From a phage: a stretch of DNA of 64,000 nt. The DNA lies in sequence record PZ386964.1, one strand, 5' to 3'. This document shows, piece after piece, positions 27,255 to 35,156 of the stretch (position 1 is its first letter; every line of letters starts with the position of its first letter). The notes under the pieces were generated by a model. It searched no databases. It was not told where the DNA came from and saw nothing but the letters and a program-made list of their open reading frames with translations. Made by a program: the position numbers and the translations under genes.

Positions 27255-27297
27255 GGTGAGCTAAATGCTTGCCTTTTCTTTTATCAATACTTATACT
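27255..27297 (+). promoter_or_regulatory. Terminator-promoter cassette, copy 1
   Basis: Hairpin GGUGAGC-UAAAU-GCUUGCC (two G-U pairs) plus U-run, overlapping a promoter: -35 TTGCCT (27269-27274), 17 bp, -10 TATACT (27292-27297). Confidence 0.5.
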
Positions 27298-27329
27298 CTT
27301 TTCATCAAGACGAACAAGTGAGGTGAATT

Positions 27330-27647
27330 ATGATTTACTTAGGCATGGACGAAGACGCGAACAAAGACCTTTCAAGGGTGCCAAACGTTAAGTTAGACAC
27401 AGCTGTACACATCAAGCCTTGGCCAATCGCCCACCCCGACGTAGTTGTACCAGTCGCGCCTGGCACGCGTTACGTGGCCATTGATGACGACGGAGTAATT
27501 CACTGTTATTCGGAAAAACCAAAGTATATAAAGCAATATCACGGTTGGTTTTTGGACGAGCACGCAATGGCGCGTTACTGCGGCGAAGTCGGGCTGGAAG
27601 GCTGGAGCTTCAAGGCTAGTGAATCGTGTGTCGAGGTGCAATTATGA
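27330..27647 (+). CDS. Hypothetical protein
   Basis: 105-aa ORF with GAGGTG site downstream of the promoter at 27269-27297. Confidence 0.55.
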   Translation: MIYLGMDEDANKDLSRVPNVKLDTAVHIKPWPIAHPDVVVPVAPGTRYVAIDDDGVIHCYSEKPKYIKQYHGWFLDEHAMARYCGEVGLEGWSFKASESCVEVQL

Positions 27648-27862
27648 ACGCCGCGCTGGGTAAGTTGCCATTCAATAAGCGTAATGAGTTGCGCATGGTA
27701 TCGCGCTTTCAACAAACGCATTTATCACTAATCAAGATTGCAAACAAGGCATACTCTCTAAATTGTCCTGAAGAAGAATGGAAAGAATTGAATGAGCGTC
27801 GTAAACAATTACAAAAGGCTGCATTTAAGCTGCAGCAATATGCTATGGAGTATGCGAAATGA
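27644..27862 (+). CDS. Hypothetical small protein
   Basis: ATGA-coupled internal start (MNAALGKL...). Confidence 0.45.
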   Translation: MNAALGKLPFNKRNELRMVSRFQQTHLSLIKIANKAYSLNCPEEEWKELNERRKQLQKAAFKLQQYAMEYAK

Positions 27863-28242
27863 GAATGAAACGCTGTCCTTATTGTCATGACGTCATGCAC
27901 CTTCCGCATGAAGAGTTTGTGCAGCACATGACTAATTGTGATAAGAATCCTAAGAGCGAAAGCCAGCTTGAAGAAAGAATGTTTCTTGTGTCATTCAAAG
28001 CTTCTGCTTATGAAGTGCAACGGGCTTACGGCGCACCAAGTACGATTTACTGTCCAACAACATTGAGAAGTGACATCGACTCAATTCAGCTTGCGGCCTG
28101 GATTAACGTTAAGGAAGGAATCACGCCGCACTTTATTGCGCGCATCCAATCTCAGATTCTACAAATCAAGCGCGAATACAACCGTGACATTACTGAAGTG
28201 AAGGTGTTGTCTATCACGCCTATGAATAAGGAGTTGCCGTGA
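27859..28242 (+). CDS. Hypothetical protein with N-terminal Cys/His cluster (zinc-finger-like)
   Basis: CPYCHDVMHLPHEEFVQHMTNC near the N-terminus; ATGA-coupled. Confidence 0.5.
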   Translation: MRMKRCPYCHDVMHLPHEEFVQHMTNCDKNPKSESQLEERMFLVSFKASAYEVQRAYGAPSTIYCPTTLRSDIDSIQLAAWINVKEGITPHFIARIQSQILQIKREYNRDITEVKVLSITPMNKELP

Positions 28243-28499
28243 ACAAGGGTCCGATGACGAAGTTGGCTGTTGCCGCGCGGAAGCTTCGACAAGCCGTTAA
28301 TGGGTCGCGGCCCGTGGCGTTAACACTCGACGACGCAAAGGCACTGGTAGAGCTACTCGACGAGCACAACCGACGCAAGAATCTGGAGAACACATTACGC
28401 TGGCGCGTTACTCCGAAAGGGCGGGAGAGTGAAAAGAAAGCTTACTTGCGACGCAAACTAAGGTCGGTCGGCCTCCACGAAGAGGCAAAGAATATTTAA
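28239..28499 (+). CDS. Hypothetical basic protein
   Basis: 86-aa ORF; followed by the second terminator-promoter cassette. Confidence 0.5.
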   Translation: MNKGPMTKLAVAARKLRQAVNGSRPVALTLDDAKALVELLDEHNRRKNLENTLRWRVTPKGRESEKKAYLRRKLRSVGLHEEAKNI

Positions 28500-28507
28500 T
28501 TCAAAAA

Positions 28508-28549
28508 GGTGAGCTATATGCTTGCCTTTTTATTTGCCTGTATTATACT
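28508..28549 (+). promoter_or_regulatory. Terminator-promoter cassette, copy 2 (near-identical to copy 1)
   Basis: Same AAAAAGGTGAGCTA-ATGCTTGCCTTTTT element; -35 TTGCCT (28522-28527), 16 bp, -10 TATACT (28544-28549). Confidence 0.5.
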
Positions 28550-28577
28550 TAGTTCATCAAGCAAAGGAGATTTGATT

Positions 28578-28880
28578 ATGAGTTACGACGAAAGGTTTGG
28601 CAGAAGCGGATTATTCCACGACGCTGTATACAAAGACAGCAAAGATGTTGTCTGCGCATTCAAGGTTGATTCTTACGGTACGCTGAAACCTTTTAAGGTC
28701 GGCGAAACATACAAGCTGTTTCACGGCTGGTTGACGCGTCGCAACAACTTGCCTGACATGGAAGTTTGGTGGATAGAACACAAGGGTCAGGCTCATCGGT
28801 GCAAGGTTGTAGAGGTGCGCGGCGTGAACTACTATCAATCTGTTATCAGCGGATTTGTTTTTAAAGAGGGTGAGCTATGA
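28578..28880 (+). CDS. Hypothetical protein
   Basis: ATG preceded by AAGGAG at an 8-nt spacing; the track's longer N-terminus runs through the terminator-promoter cassette. Confidence 0.5.
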   Translation: MSYDERFGRSGLFHDAVYKDSKDVVCAFKVDSYGTLKPFKVGETYKLFHGWLTRRNNLPDMEVWWIEHKGQAHRCKVVEVRGVNYYQSVISGFVFKEGEL

Positions 28881-29182
28881 GTACCGAAGCAATGAAGAAA
28901 AAGATTTTGAACGCTTTGCAAGAAGCCGTGAACTGTGGTGCCATTAAAGTATTTCATGAATTGCAATTTGGTGAAGGTGACGCGGTAGAATTTTACAGCA
29001 ATAAAGACGGTCTTGCGACAATTTTCTTTTCAGAGCAAAGGGTTGGTGAGTGTATCCTGCAAATTGGTGGATATAGGCTTGTCGTCGACGATGCATTCAT
29101 CACCTGCGCTGATGGCCTTGATCCGATGTTGACGCTTGAGCGTCGCGGCATCCGTGTTGCAACATTTGGAGGGAAGTTATGA
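28877..29182 (+). CDS. Hypothetical protein
   Basis: 101-aa ORF, ATGA-coupled. Confidence 0.5.
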   Translation: MSTEAMKKKILNALQEAVNCGAIKVFHELQFGEGDAVEFYSNKDGLATIFFSEQRVGECILQIGGYRLVVDDAFITCADGLDPMLTLERRGIRVATFGGKL

Positions 29183-29364
29183 GCACTGAAGTCCATAACG
29201 CATCAGCATTGGTCAGCTTCTACCGTAACAAAGGTGTGTCGCTCGTTAAAACGCCGCAAGGGATGTTGTTCTTTGGAACGCGATTCCTTAAGGCTTCGGA
29301 GCGTGAAACGCTGTCCAAGTTCGACCAGAAAACATTACACGCAGTATGGAGAAGACAGCAATGA
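29179..29364 (+). CDS. Hypothetical small protein
   Basis: 61-aa ORF, ATGA-coupled. Confidence 0.45.
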   Translation: MSTEVHNASALVSFYRNKGVSLVKTPQGMLFFGTRFLKASERETLSKFDQKTLHAVWRRQQ

Positions 29365-29597
29365 CATCCAACCTTAAAGCCCGTTTGTTATTCATCAAGC
29401 CGCATGTGCCGTATAAGATTAGCAAGCGCACCTGGCTGAACATCTACAACCGCAGTGGCGACCGCTGCTTGTACAAGGCAAAGCGACGCAAGAAGGTCTA
29501 TTTAAAAGCGGTAATGTCGCAGCCCGTCGATGCATTTAACATCGGCGAAAATGAATTGTCAATCGGCTATCAAATTGAACTCGGAGTAAAGAAATGA
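29361..29597 (+). CDS. Hypothetical small basic protein
   Basis: ATGA-coupled internal start (MTSNLKARL...). Confidence 0.45.
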   Translation: MTSNLKARLLFIKPHVPYKISKRTWLNIYNRSGDRCLYKAKRRKKVYLKAVMSQPVDAFNIGENELSIGYQIELGVKK

Positions 29598-30100
29598 AAA
29601 TCGAACAACTCGAAGCAGTATTGGAAATGGCCGTAAAGGCAGGCGCAATCAAAAGCTATCGTCGCGAGAAGTCCGACGATGCTGCGCACTTTTGTCGCAA
29701 CTTCTATATCGTCGGCAACCTTAACGACCACTACACTATCGAGTGGTATATAAATATAATGACGCTTAAGTCGCGCACCATGGAGCTTTGGTGTGATGAC
29801 ATTTGCTTATCCAACACCCATCCATCCTACGACGTTGCGTTAGCATTCTATTACGGAAGCCGTCAACCTGTCGCCCACATCGGTGAGAAGTATGAGCACT
29901 TGAAGGAGAAGCCAACGAAAAATGACGGATGGATTGATTGGGACAGCGGCGAGAATCCGGTGCCTGGTAAGAAGGTCATGTATAAGTTGCGCGACGGCGA
30001 TGAATCAAGAAAGCCTGTTCTTTCAGATGATTTGAGATGGGAGATGGTTGACGATTCTTATGCAGCTGACATCATTGCTTATCGGGTCGTGGAGGAATAA
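29594..30100 (+). CDS. Hypothetical protein sharing a C-terminal ~50-aa domain with the product of 31270-31689
   Basis: C-terminus ...GENPVPGKKVMYKLRDGDESRKPVLSDDLRWEMVDDSYAADIIAYRVVEE is paralogous to the C-terminus of the 31270-31689 product. Confidence 0.55.
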   Translation: MKIEQLEAVLEMAVKAGAIKSYRREKSDDAAHFCRNFYIVGNLNDHYTIEWYINIMTLKSRTMELWCDDICLSNTHPSYDVALAFYYGSRQPVAHIGEKYEHLKEKPTKNDGWIDWDSGENPVPGKKVMYKLRDGDESRKPVLSDDLRWEMVDDSYAADIIAYRVVEE

Positions 30101-30441
30101 TGAAAGAGCAAGAAGGCCGTGAGCTGACATTCGATGAACAGATGGCCGAACTTCAGCGCACATCGCCGCTGCGCGGTAAGGTTGTTGACATCGAGGCAAG
30201 CGAATCCAATCTCACCCAGTGGCGGCTCAAGTGCACCAGCACAAGCAAGGATATGTTAAGCTTCAAAGTCGGTCAGACTTATTTGCTTTATGAGGCAAAA
30301 GGACTTATTATTGATGGAAGGCAAATTGTCTTCACAGTCGTCAACGGCACGCGTTGGTTTGTGAAGCGTGGTGTCGAGGGTCGTGACATTTTTGTCGCAG
30401 GCTTTCCAGAAACAAGATTCCAATTGGAGAAGGTTAAATGA
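30100..30441 (+). CDS. Hypothetical protein
   Basis: 113-aa ORF, TAATG-coupled. Confidence 0.5.
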   Translation: MKEQEGRELTFDEQMAELQRTSPLRGKVVDIEASESNLTQWRLKCTSTSKDMLSFKVGQTYLLYEAKGLIIDGRQIVFTVVNGTRWFVKRGVEGRDIFVAGFPETRFQLEKVK

Positions 30442-30770
30442 AATTGAAATGGTACGTGGACCCTGAGCCGACAGGCTCATACAGGTCATTCCAACGTCGC
30501 GGCTGGCCGATTTGTTACAGCGGCAATCCCGATAAAGAAGATTGCGAGATGATCGCCGCGATAGTAAGTCTTAACCATGACGGCTATGAAGGCCACTACG
30601 CGAGAGCAACCAACCTTCGGCTCAAGGTGCGCATTCATTTCAAGGTCGCAGGCGAGGACCGCACCGGACTCTCCAAGGAAGAGTTCAGCAGCATCGCTGA
30701 AGCAAAGGCATGGCTCAAGGCGTTCTATAAGAACAACCCTAAATTCTATCCAACTAAGGGTGCATCATGA
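30438..30770 (+). CDS. Hypothetical protein
   Basis: 110-aa ORF, ATGA-coupled. Confidence 0.5.
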   Translation: MKLKWYVDPEPTGSYRSFQRRGWPICYSGNPDKEDCEMIAAIVSLNHDGYEGHYARATNLRLKVRIHFKVAGEDRTGLSKEEFSSIAEAKAWLKAFYKNNPKFYPTKGAS

Positions 30771-31273
30771 CTAACAAAACGCAACGCATCAATTTTGAAG
30801 GCAAAGAATATGAAATAGATGCTCGTGCAAAGTTTATCGCACGGGATTCTAACGGCACCGTCTGGACGTATGAAGAGAAGCCTGCATGGAACGAGCGACA
30901 TGGCCAGTGGGTTGGCCAGTGGGGATATGCAATCGGCGATTCACTTTGGTGCAAGCAAATTGGCGATGGTAAAATTTTCGAAGAAAACAGACCAGCGTCA
31001 CGTGATTCATTAAAAGAAGTCGCAACAATCAAGGTGCAAGAACGAATGGCATCGACCAACCAATACTACGCAGTCGGGCAGCGTGACATCGAGCAACTCG
31101 ACGAGGGCGGCTATTATACGCGCCACATCTATGCCATAACGCATGAAGGACTCTACAGCAAGTCGGACATCGCCGCTGAACTGGCCCATCGTGACTTGCA
31201 AATTGACATGTTGCGTCTAGCTCTTGAGAAGCAAACACAAATCGCTATTGGAATTTTGGAGAAGTTAAAATGA
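30767..31273 (+). CDS. Hypothetical protein
   Basis: 168-aa ORF, ATGA-coupled. Confidence 0.5.
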   Translation: MTNKTQRINFEGKEYEIDARAKFIARDSNGTVWTYEEKPAWNERHGQWVGQWGYAIGDSLWCKQIGDGKIFEENRPASRDSLKEVATIKVQERMASTNQYYAVGQRDIEQLDEGGYYTRHIYAITHEGLYSKSDIAAELAHRDLQIDMLRLALEKQTQIAIGILEKLK

Positions 31274-31689
31274 TCCAACGTTATGATGTAGACTATTGCA
31301 CGCAGCACGCCTGCACTTGTGAAATGGAAAAGGATGATGAAGGCGGTTACGTTGAGTATGAAGCTTATGCCGCGCTGGAAGCGAAATACAGTGAAGCGCA
31401 ACGCGAGTTGGTTGCATTACGCTCACAGGTCCGTGATGCGTCGGCGCTCGTTAAGCAGTTGCACGACGTTGTTGCTACTATAGGCGTGGATGATGATGCG
31501 CCGAAGGAGGAAGCGTGGACCGTGTGGTTTGGTGGCGCGAATCCGGTGCCTGGGAAGATGGTTGAGTTTGAATTACTCAACGGTTATAAATCAAAAGAGG
31601 CCGTTCCTTCGGATAGTTTGACATGGGATAAAGTCACAAGCCCGACTGGTGCAAAGATCATTGCTTATCGGGTCGTTAAGGAGGGGTGA
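31270..31689 (+). CDS. Hypothetical protein, paralogous C-terminal domain (NPVPGK ... IIAYRVV)
   Basis: C-terminus ...GANPVPGKMVEFELLNGYKSKEAVPSDSLTWDKVTSPTGAKIIAYRVVKEG matches that of the 29594-30100 product. Confidence 0.55.
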   Translation: MIQRYDVDYCTQHACTCEMEKDDEGGYVEYEAYAALEAKYSEAQRELVALRSQVRDASALVKQLHDVVATIGVDDDAPKEEAWTVWFGGANPVPGKMVEFELLNGYKSKEAVPSDSLTWDKVTSPTGAKIIAYRVVKEG

Positions 31690-32225
31690 TGGGCGGCTTT
31701 TGGCGTAAAGCGAAATACTCTAAAGAGTTGCATTACTTCTTAAAAGATGAAGGCATAAGCATTTGCGGCAGGTATAAAAGGGATGGCAATTCAACTTTGC
31801 AAATTGACAAGAAGGCCGATTGGTTGCTCAAGGAAGAGTGCACCGTTTGCCGCGAGCGTTTAGATAGAAAAGTGAAAACGGTTGACTACATAAAGGAGCT
31901 TCAAAGCAGGTGCAAAAGTCCGCAGGAGTTCGCCATTGCTCTTTGGGGTGATCACCCTGAATTAAGAAAGGAATGGTTAAAGACTGATGCGATCAACTCT
32001 ATTTTTAAAATGAAGTATATGACTACCGCCAGATATAAAATGGAAAAATCAGTCATTAAGAAGGTATTATCTTATTGGAGGGATACGGTTGACATTGTAA
32101 AAATAAAGAAATACCAAAAGGAAGTATTGCTGGAATTGGAAAGGATTGGTTATAAAGTCACCAATAAAATGATAGAGGAAGAGATAAAAAGACGGACTGA
32201 CAAAGGATTGATGCCTAAATTGTAG
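31686..32225 (+). CDS. Hypothetical Lys-rich protein with a Cys cluster; AT-rich 3' half
   Basis: 179-aa ORF; CGRYKRDG ... CTVCRERL cysteines; the last ~230 nt are visibly AT-rich compared with neighbours; last gene before the repeat locus. Confidence 0.5.
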   Translation: MMGGFWRKAKYSKELHYFLKDEGISICGRYKRDGNSTLQIDKKADWLLKEECTVCRERLDRKVKTVDYIKELQSRCKSPQEFAIALWGDHPELRKEWLKTDAINSIFKMKYMTTARYKMEKSVIKKVLSYWRDTVDIVKIKKYQKEVLLELERIGYKVTNKMIEEEIKRRTDKGLMPKL

Positions 32226-32299
32226 CTAATAAACGGACGCTGCTTTACGTGTTTTGAATAATGGGATGTGTACAATGGGTCGCTTTATGCGGCCTTTTG

Positions 32300-32530
32300 T
32301 CGTTTTTGTTGGAAATTTTGAAGTGAGTGGCGTGGACCGTGGTGGTTTGAGGCTTGGTTGATACGTATGGAATTTAGGATATTGTGGATGAAAATAATAA
32401 ATAAAATGGAAATTTGTATTTATTTTTGGAGTATGAGCATTTGATTTTGGATTTTAGTGTGCGGATTTTGGAGAGTGAACCGTGGTGTGTGGTGGCGAAA
32501 GCCGCGCCGTGCCTGGATTCTATGGTTGAA
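32300..32530. repeat. Strand-skewed (GT-rich top strand) repeat region upstream of iteron locus A
   Basis: Repeated GGA(A)ATTTTG-like units and two direct copies of (G/A)ACCGTGGTG (32338-32350, 32478-32490), with an inverted copy at 32893-32905; TGTGGATGA at 32383-32391 is one mismatch from a DnaA-box complement. Confidence 0.4.
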
Positions 32531-32539
32531 GAGTACACT

Positions 32540-32812
32540 CTTACGGATAGGTTTTTATCCGTATCATGGCGCTAGGGTGCGCCGCGCCTGGATTTGTACA
32601 CTGAATCTTACGGATGATACGGATGATACGCCATTTTTCCTTATTGTAACCAGAATTATTTCAAAAATTAATTAACTCCATTTTGAATTAATTTAAATTA
32701 ATTTTTTCTACATCCTCATACTTATGTTAATTTATATATTTAACGTATTATCCGTAAGATATAAGTAAAAACAAAGACTTGCGGCAATACGGATGATACG
32801 TCATGATACGCT
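32540..32812. repeat. Iteron locus A: TACGGATGA-type repeats in both orientations flanking a ~100-bp AT-rich core
   Basis: Hairpin TACGGATA-6 nt-TATCCGTA (32542-32563); tandem ACGGATGAT twice (32610-32627); AT-rich 32641-32745 containing AATTAATTTAAATTA; inverted copy TATCCGTA (32749-32756); further TACGGATGATACG (32788-32800). Confidence 0.6.
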
Positions 32813-33024
32813 TCAACCAGCCAACTGCGGCTAAGTCATTGATTTGCATAACAAGCGGCGAAAGGGATGGATTTCTTTTATACGTATCAAACAGTACACC
32901 ACGCACCACGGTCCGTTATCCATTCAGCACTATGATTTGTGTACGTTTATAGCCATAATGAACATCAATCTGCACTTGAATATAATGTCCATCCATTGTA
33001 TAATTCACACTATTAATTTGCACT

Positions 33025-33513
33025 ATGGGATTTTGCACTATGAGTCAAGATTATGTAGCGATGCCTGAAGACTTTGAAGACCCGCGATTTGCAGAGCACA
33101 ATCAGGCTTTATTCGATGAGTTCATTGACCTTGTTATTCAGGGCCATGACATGCGCGCAGCTTTTGCACTAGTATTTGGAATGGAAGTTGCAACGGATAA
33201 CTACACTGGCCAGCGAATCCTTTGCGCGCAACGCAATCCATACTACAAGATGCGCTTCAAAAAGCGTATGGAAGAGATGCCACTCAAGGATTTGTGGAGC
33301 GTAAAAGGTGCAATTCACAATTTGGTCAAGCTTGTGCGTGATCCAGAAGTCGCGGCATCAGCCAAGCTTAATGCTATTCGTGAACTGAATATCATCTACG
33401 GCATCACGATGATTGATGAAAACGGCAATAGTAAAATGGGCCGTTCTATGGACGATTTCTACAAGGATTTTGGAGAGGCGGCCAAAGAAGGTGAGCAATT
33501 CTCCCGCCACTAG
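33025..33513 (+). CDS. Hypothetical protein, possibly DNA-binding; small-terminase-like at low confidence
   Basis: 162-aa ORF whose start codon sits inside the AATTTGCACTAT motif; helical N-terminal region then charged coiled coil; hairpin after the stop. Confidence 0.45.
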   Translation: MGFCTMSQDYVAMPEDFEDPRFAEHNQALFDEFIDLVIQGHDMRAAFALVFGMEVATDNYTGQRILCAQRNPYYKMRFKKRMEEMPLKDLWSVKGAIHNLVKLVRDPEVAASAKLNAIRELNIIYGITMIDENGNSKMGRSMDDFYKDFGEAAKEGEQFSRH

Positions 33514-33627
33514 CCAATTTGCACTATAAAACGGCCCTAGAACACATTTTCTCCACTTCTAGGGCCATCGGTAATACGACGGGGAAGGTTACAACCATAA
33601 ACGCGTTAGAAAGTGTATTATTATAAG

Positions 33628-33891
33628 TCATCTTTTAGTCACTTTCCGTAACAATTTACGACCTTCAACCGTCCAATCGAACGACTCCACCAGCAGATTT
33701 GCACCATAACCCAAGACGATGCGCCCTTTCTCGTTATCGACCCGCCAACAAGTCTCGAATAGCATTCGATTTGCACTATTAACTATTGCCGCAACGCGCG
33801 TTGGGTAAGCGCAATTTGCACTATGGTCATAAAGGGATAAGGTGCGACCACTTCCGATGGACAACGTAGCAATGAGAATAAGCGTATTCAT
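33628..33891 (-). CDS. Hypothetical small protein with hydrophobic N-terminus
   Basis: 87-aa ORF; C-terminal region paralogous to the C-terminus of the 33942-34568 product; carries two copies of the DNA motif (encoding SAN). Confidence 0.4.
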   Translation of the reverse strand: MNTLILIATLSIGSGRTLSLYDHSANCAYPTRVAAIVNSANRMLFETCWRVDNEKGRIVLGYGANLLVESFDWTVEGRKLLRKVTKR

Positions 33892-33941
33892 AAGCCACCA
33901 ATTTGCACTATGAAAAGCGACCCCGAAGGGCCGCCATTCAA

Positions 33942-34568
33942 TTAGATGATTTGGAATGTGTAGGATTTATTACCGAACTCGAAGTTCAAGCGCCCAGCTT
34001 CCTTAAGCTTCATGCGGAAGCGAATATGCTTGCTATCCGGTAGGCCCAGCGCGGCGAACGCTACGCGGACCGATTTGAACTCTCCTACACCCTCGACCAT
34101 AACGCCGTTACGGGTGAGACGCTTTTGCGCCACTTCCTTATTGTCCCAACTTTTTGCAATGCCTTCGCTATTCGAACGGCGATGGGAAGGAGTTCCATTT
34201 TGCACTACGCAATTTGCACTATCGTTTAAACCGCTCTTAACGAAGGCTTCATACTCTTCGTCGGTCATCGCGTCGAGTTCTTCCTGAGTCGGCTCGGCCT
34301 TTTTAACTACCGCACGCGCCTTATGCGTTTTTACATCGCTGGACACTTCCTCGCGCGGCTTCGCGTCGGGGATGGGCGATTCGTTGGACGGCTCATCGAG
34401 CGCGTTTAAGGACTCGATTAACGCGATTACGCGAGTCTCGGCGGTCCGGCGGTCCGCAAACTTCTTAATCGGCTTCGAACCGGAATTTGCATTATAAAAT
34501 GCAACGAGGTCGGCGGTCTTAGTTGCGATAACGTCGCCGCTAGTCGAGAAACGATTTAAGCTAACCAT
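33942..34568 (-). CDS. Hypothetical protein
   Basis: 208-aa ORF with TAGGAG site; C-terminal part (DSANC...WDNKE...NGVMVEGVG) paralogous to the 33628-33891 product. Confidence 0.5.
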   Translation of the reverse strand: MVSLNRFSTSGDVIATKTADLVAFYNANSGSKPIKKFADRRTAETRVIALIESLNALDEPSNESPIPDAKPREEVSSDVKTHKARAVVKKAEPTQEELDAMTDEEYEAFVKSGLNDSANCVVQNGTPSHRRSNSEGIAKSWDNKEVAQKRLTRNGVMVEGVGEFKSVRVAFAALGLPDSKHIRFRMKLKEAGRLNFEFGNKSYTFQII

Positions 34569-34648
34569 AATAAACTCCTATTTGTTAGGGCGCTAGGCGC
34601 GAAAGAATTTTATTAAAGCGCCGCGCACGACGCTCTAAAAATCCTCTC

Positions 34649-34933
34649 TTACGCTTCGACGAGGGAGAAGGTCTCAAATTCTTCTTCGCCCATAACGAGT
34701 AAGATATTACCGATTTCGACCGCTTCGAAGAAGTATCCGTTAACGTTTACTTCGAAGGCTTCGCGGTCCGATTCCGGTAGCGCCGCGTAAAGTTTAAAAG
34801 CCTCGGCGACCGTTACCCCACCCGCCTCGATAGTTTGGTCTACGTTCGCGGCGTAGACTTCGGATAAATTTTGTTTAACGCCGTAGTTCTCGACGATAGC
34901 GTTACGAATAGAAGAAACGTTAAGAATAGCCAT
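34649..34933 (-). CDS. Small acidic protein, paralog A
   Basis: 94 aa, strongly acidic (net about -12); TAGGAG site; paralogous to the 35568-35858 product. Confidence 0.55.
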   Translation of the reverse strand: MAILNVSSIRNAIVENYGVKQNLSEVYAANVDQTIEAGGVTVAEAFKLYAALPESDREAFEVNVNGYFFEAVEIGNILLVMGEEEFETFSLVEA

Positions 34934-35002
34934 TTTAAACTCCTAGTTGGGAGAGGCGTTAACGACCTATTCGTTAACTCATCCCGTCCCGATATGAGTA
35001 CA

Positions 35003-35029
35003 TTATAATATAGTGTAGAAAAAAGTAAA
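35003..35029 (-). promoter_or_regulatory. Possible minus-strand promoter for acidic paralog A (divergent from the 35157 gene promoter)
   Basis: Minus strand: -35 TTTACT (plus 35024-35029) within an inverted copy of the AAAGTGCTTTACT element; -10 TATAAT (plus 35003-35008) at a short 15-bp spacing. Confidence 0.3.
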
Positions 35030-35072
35030 GCACTTTTTCGATAAAAATGAGATAAATTATTTTATCTTTTTC

Positions 35073-35100
35073 TTTACTTCTTCGTACACTCGCATATACT
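35073..35100 (+). promoter_or_regulatory. Sigma70-like promoter for the 35157-35459 gene
   Basis: -35 TTTACT (35073-35078), 16-bp spacer, -10 TATACT (35095-35100); shares TTTACTTCTTCGTACACT with the next promoter. Confidence 0.5.
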
Positions 35101-35156
35101 TGTTTATATCGAGACGGGCGATGTCCCTTCCTTCTACTAGCATCGGGAGCTTTATT

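Larger units (their letters stand above)
33015..34222 (+). repeat. Array of at least eight co-oriented copies of the motif AATTTGCACTAT
   Basis: TTTGCACTAT at 33017, 33033, 33518, 33770, 33815, 33902, 34213 and the variant TTTGCACTAC at 34198; all on the plus strand, irregularly spaced, in both coding and non-coding sequence. Confidence 0.6.

Noticed and set aside
32540-32812. CRISPR array interpretation of the repeated GATACGGATGAT units
   Set aside because: Units are 9 bp, partly tandem with no spacers, occur in both orientations and surround an AT-rich core; no cas genes nearby. Not a CRISPR array.
33025-33513. Confident small-terminase call
   Set aside because: The gene is 8 kb from the large terminase with opposite-strand genes between them, and the sequence resemblance is weak; left as hypothetical with a low-confidence note.
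33015-34222. Resemblance of the motif core CACTAT to T7-type single-subunit RNA polymerase promoters
   Set aside because: Only the 6-bp core matches; the upstream bases that T7-type promoters conserve are not conserved here, and no single-subunit RNA polymerase gene is in this window. Kept only as a possibility to test.
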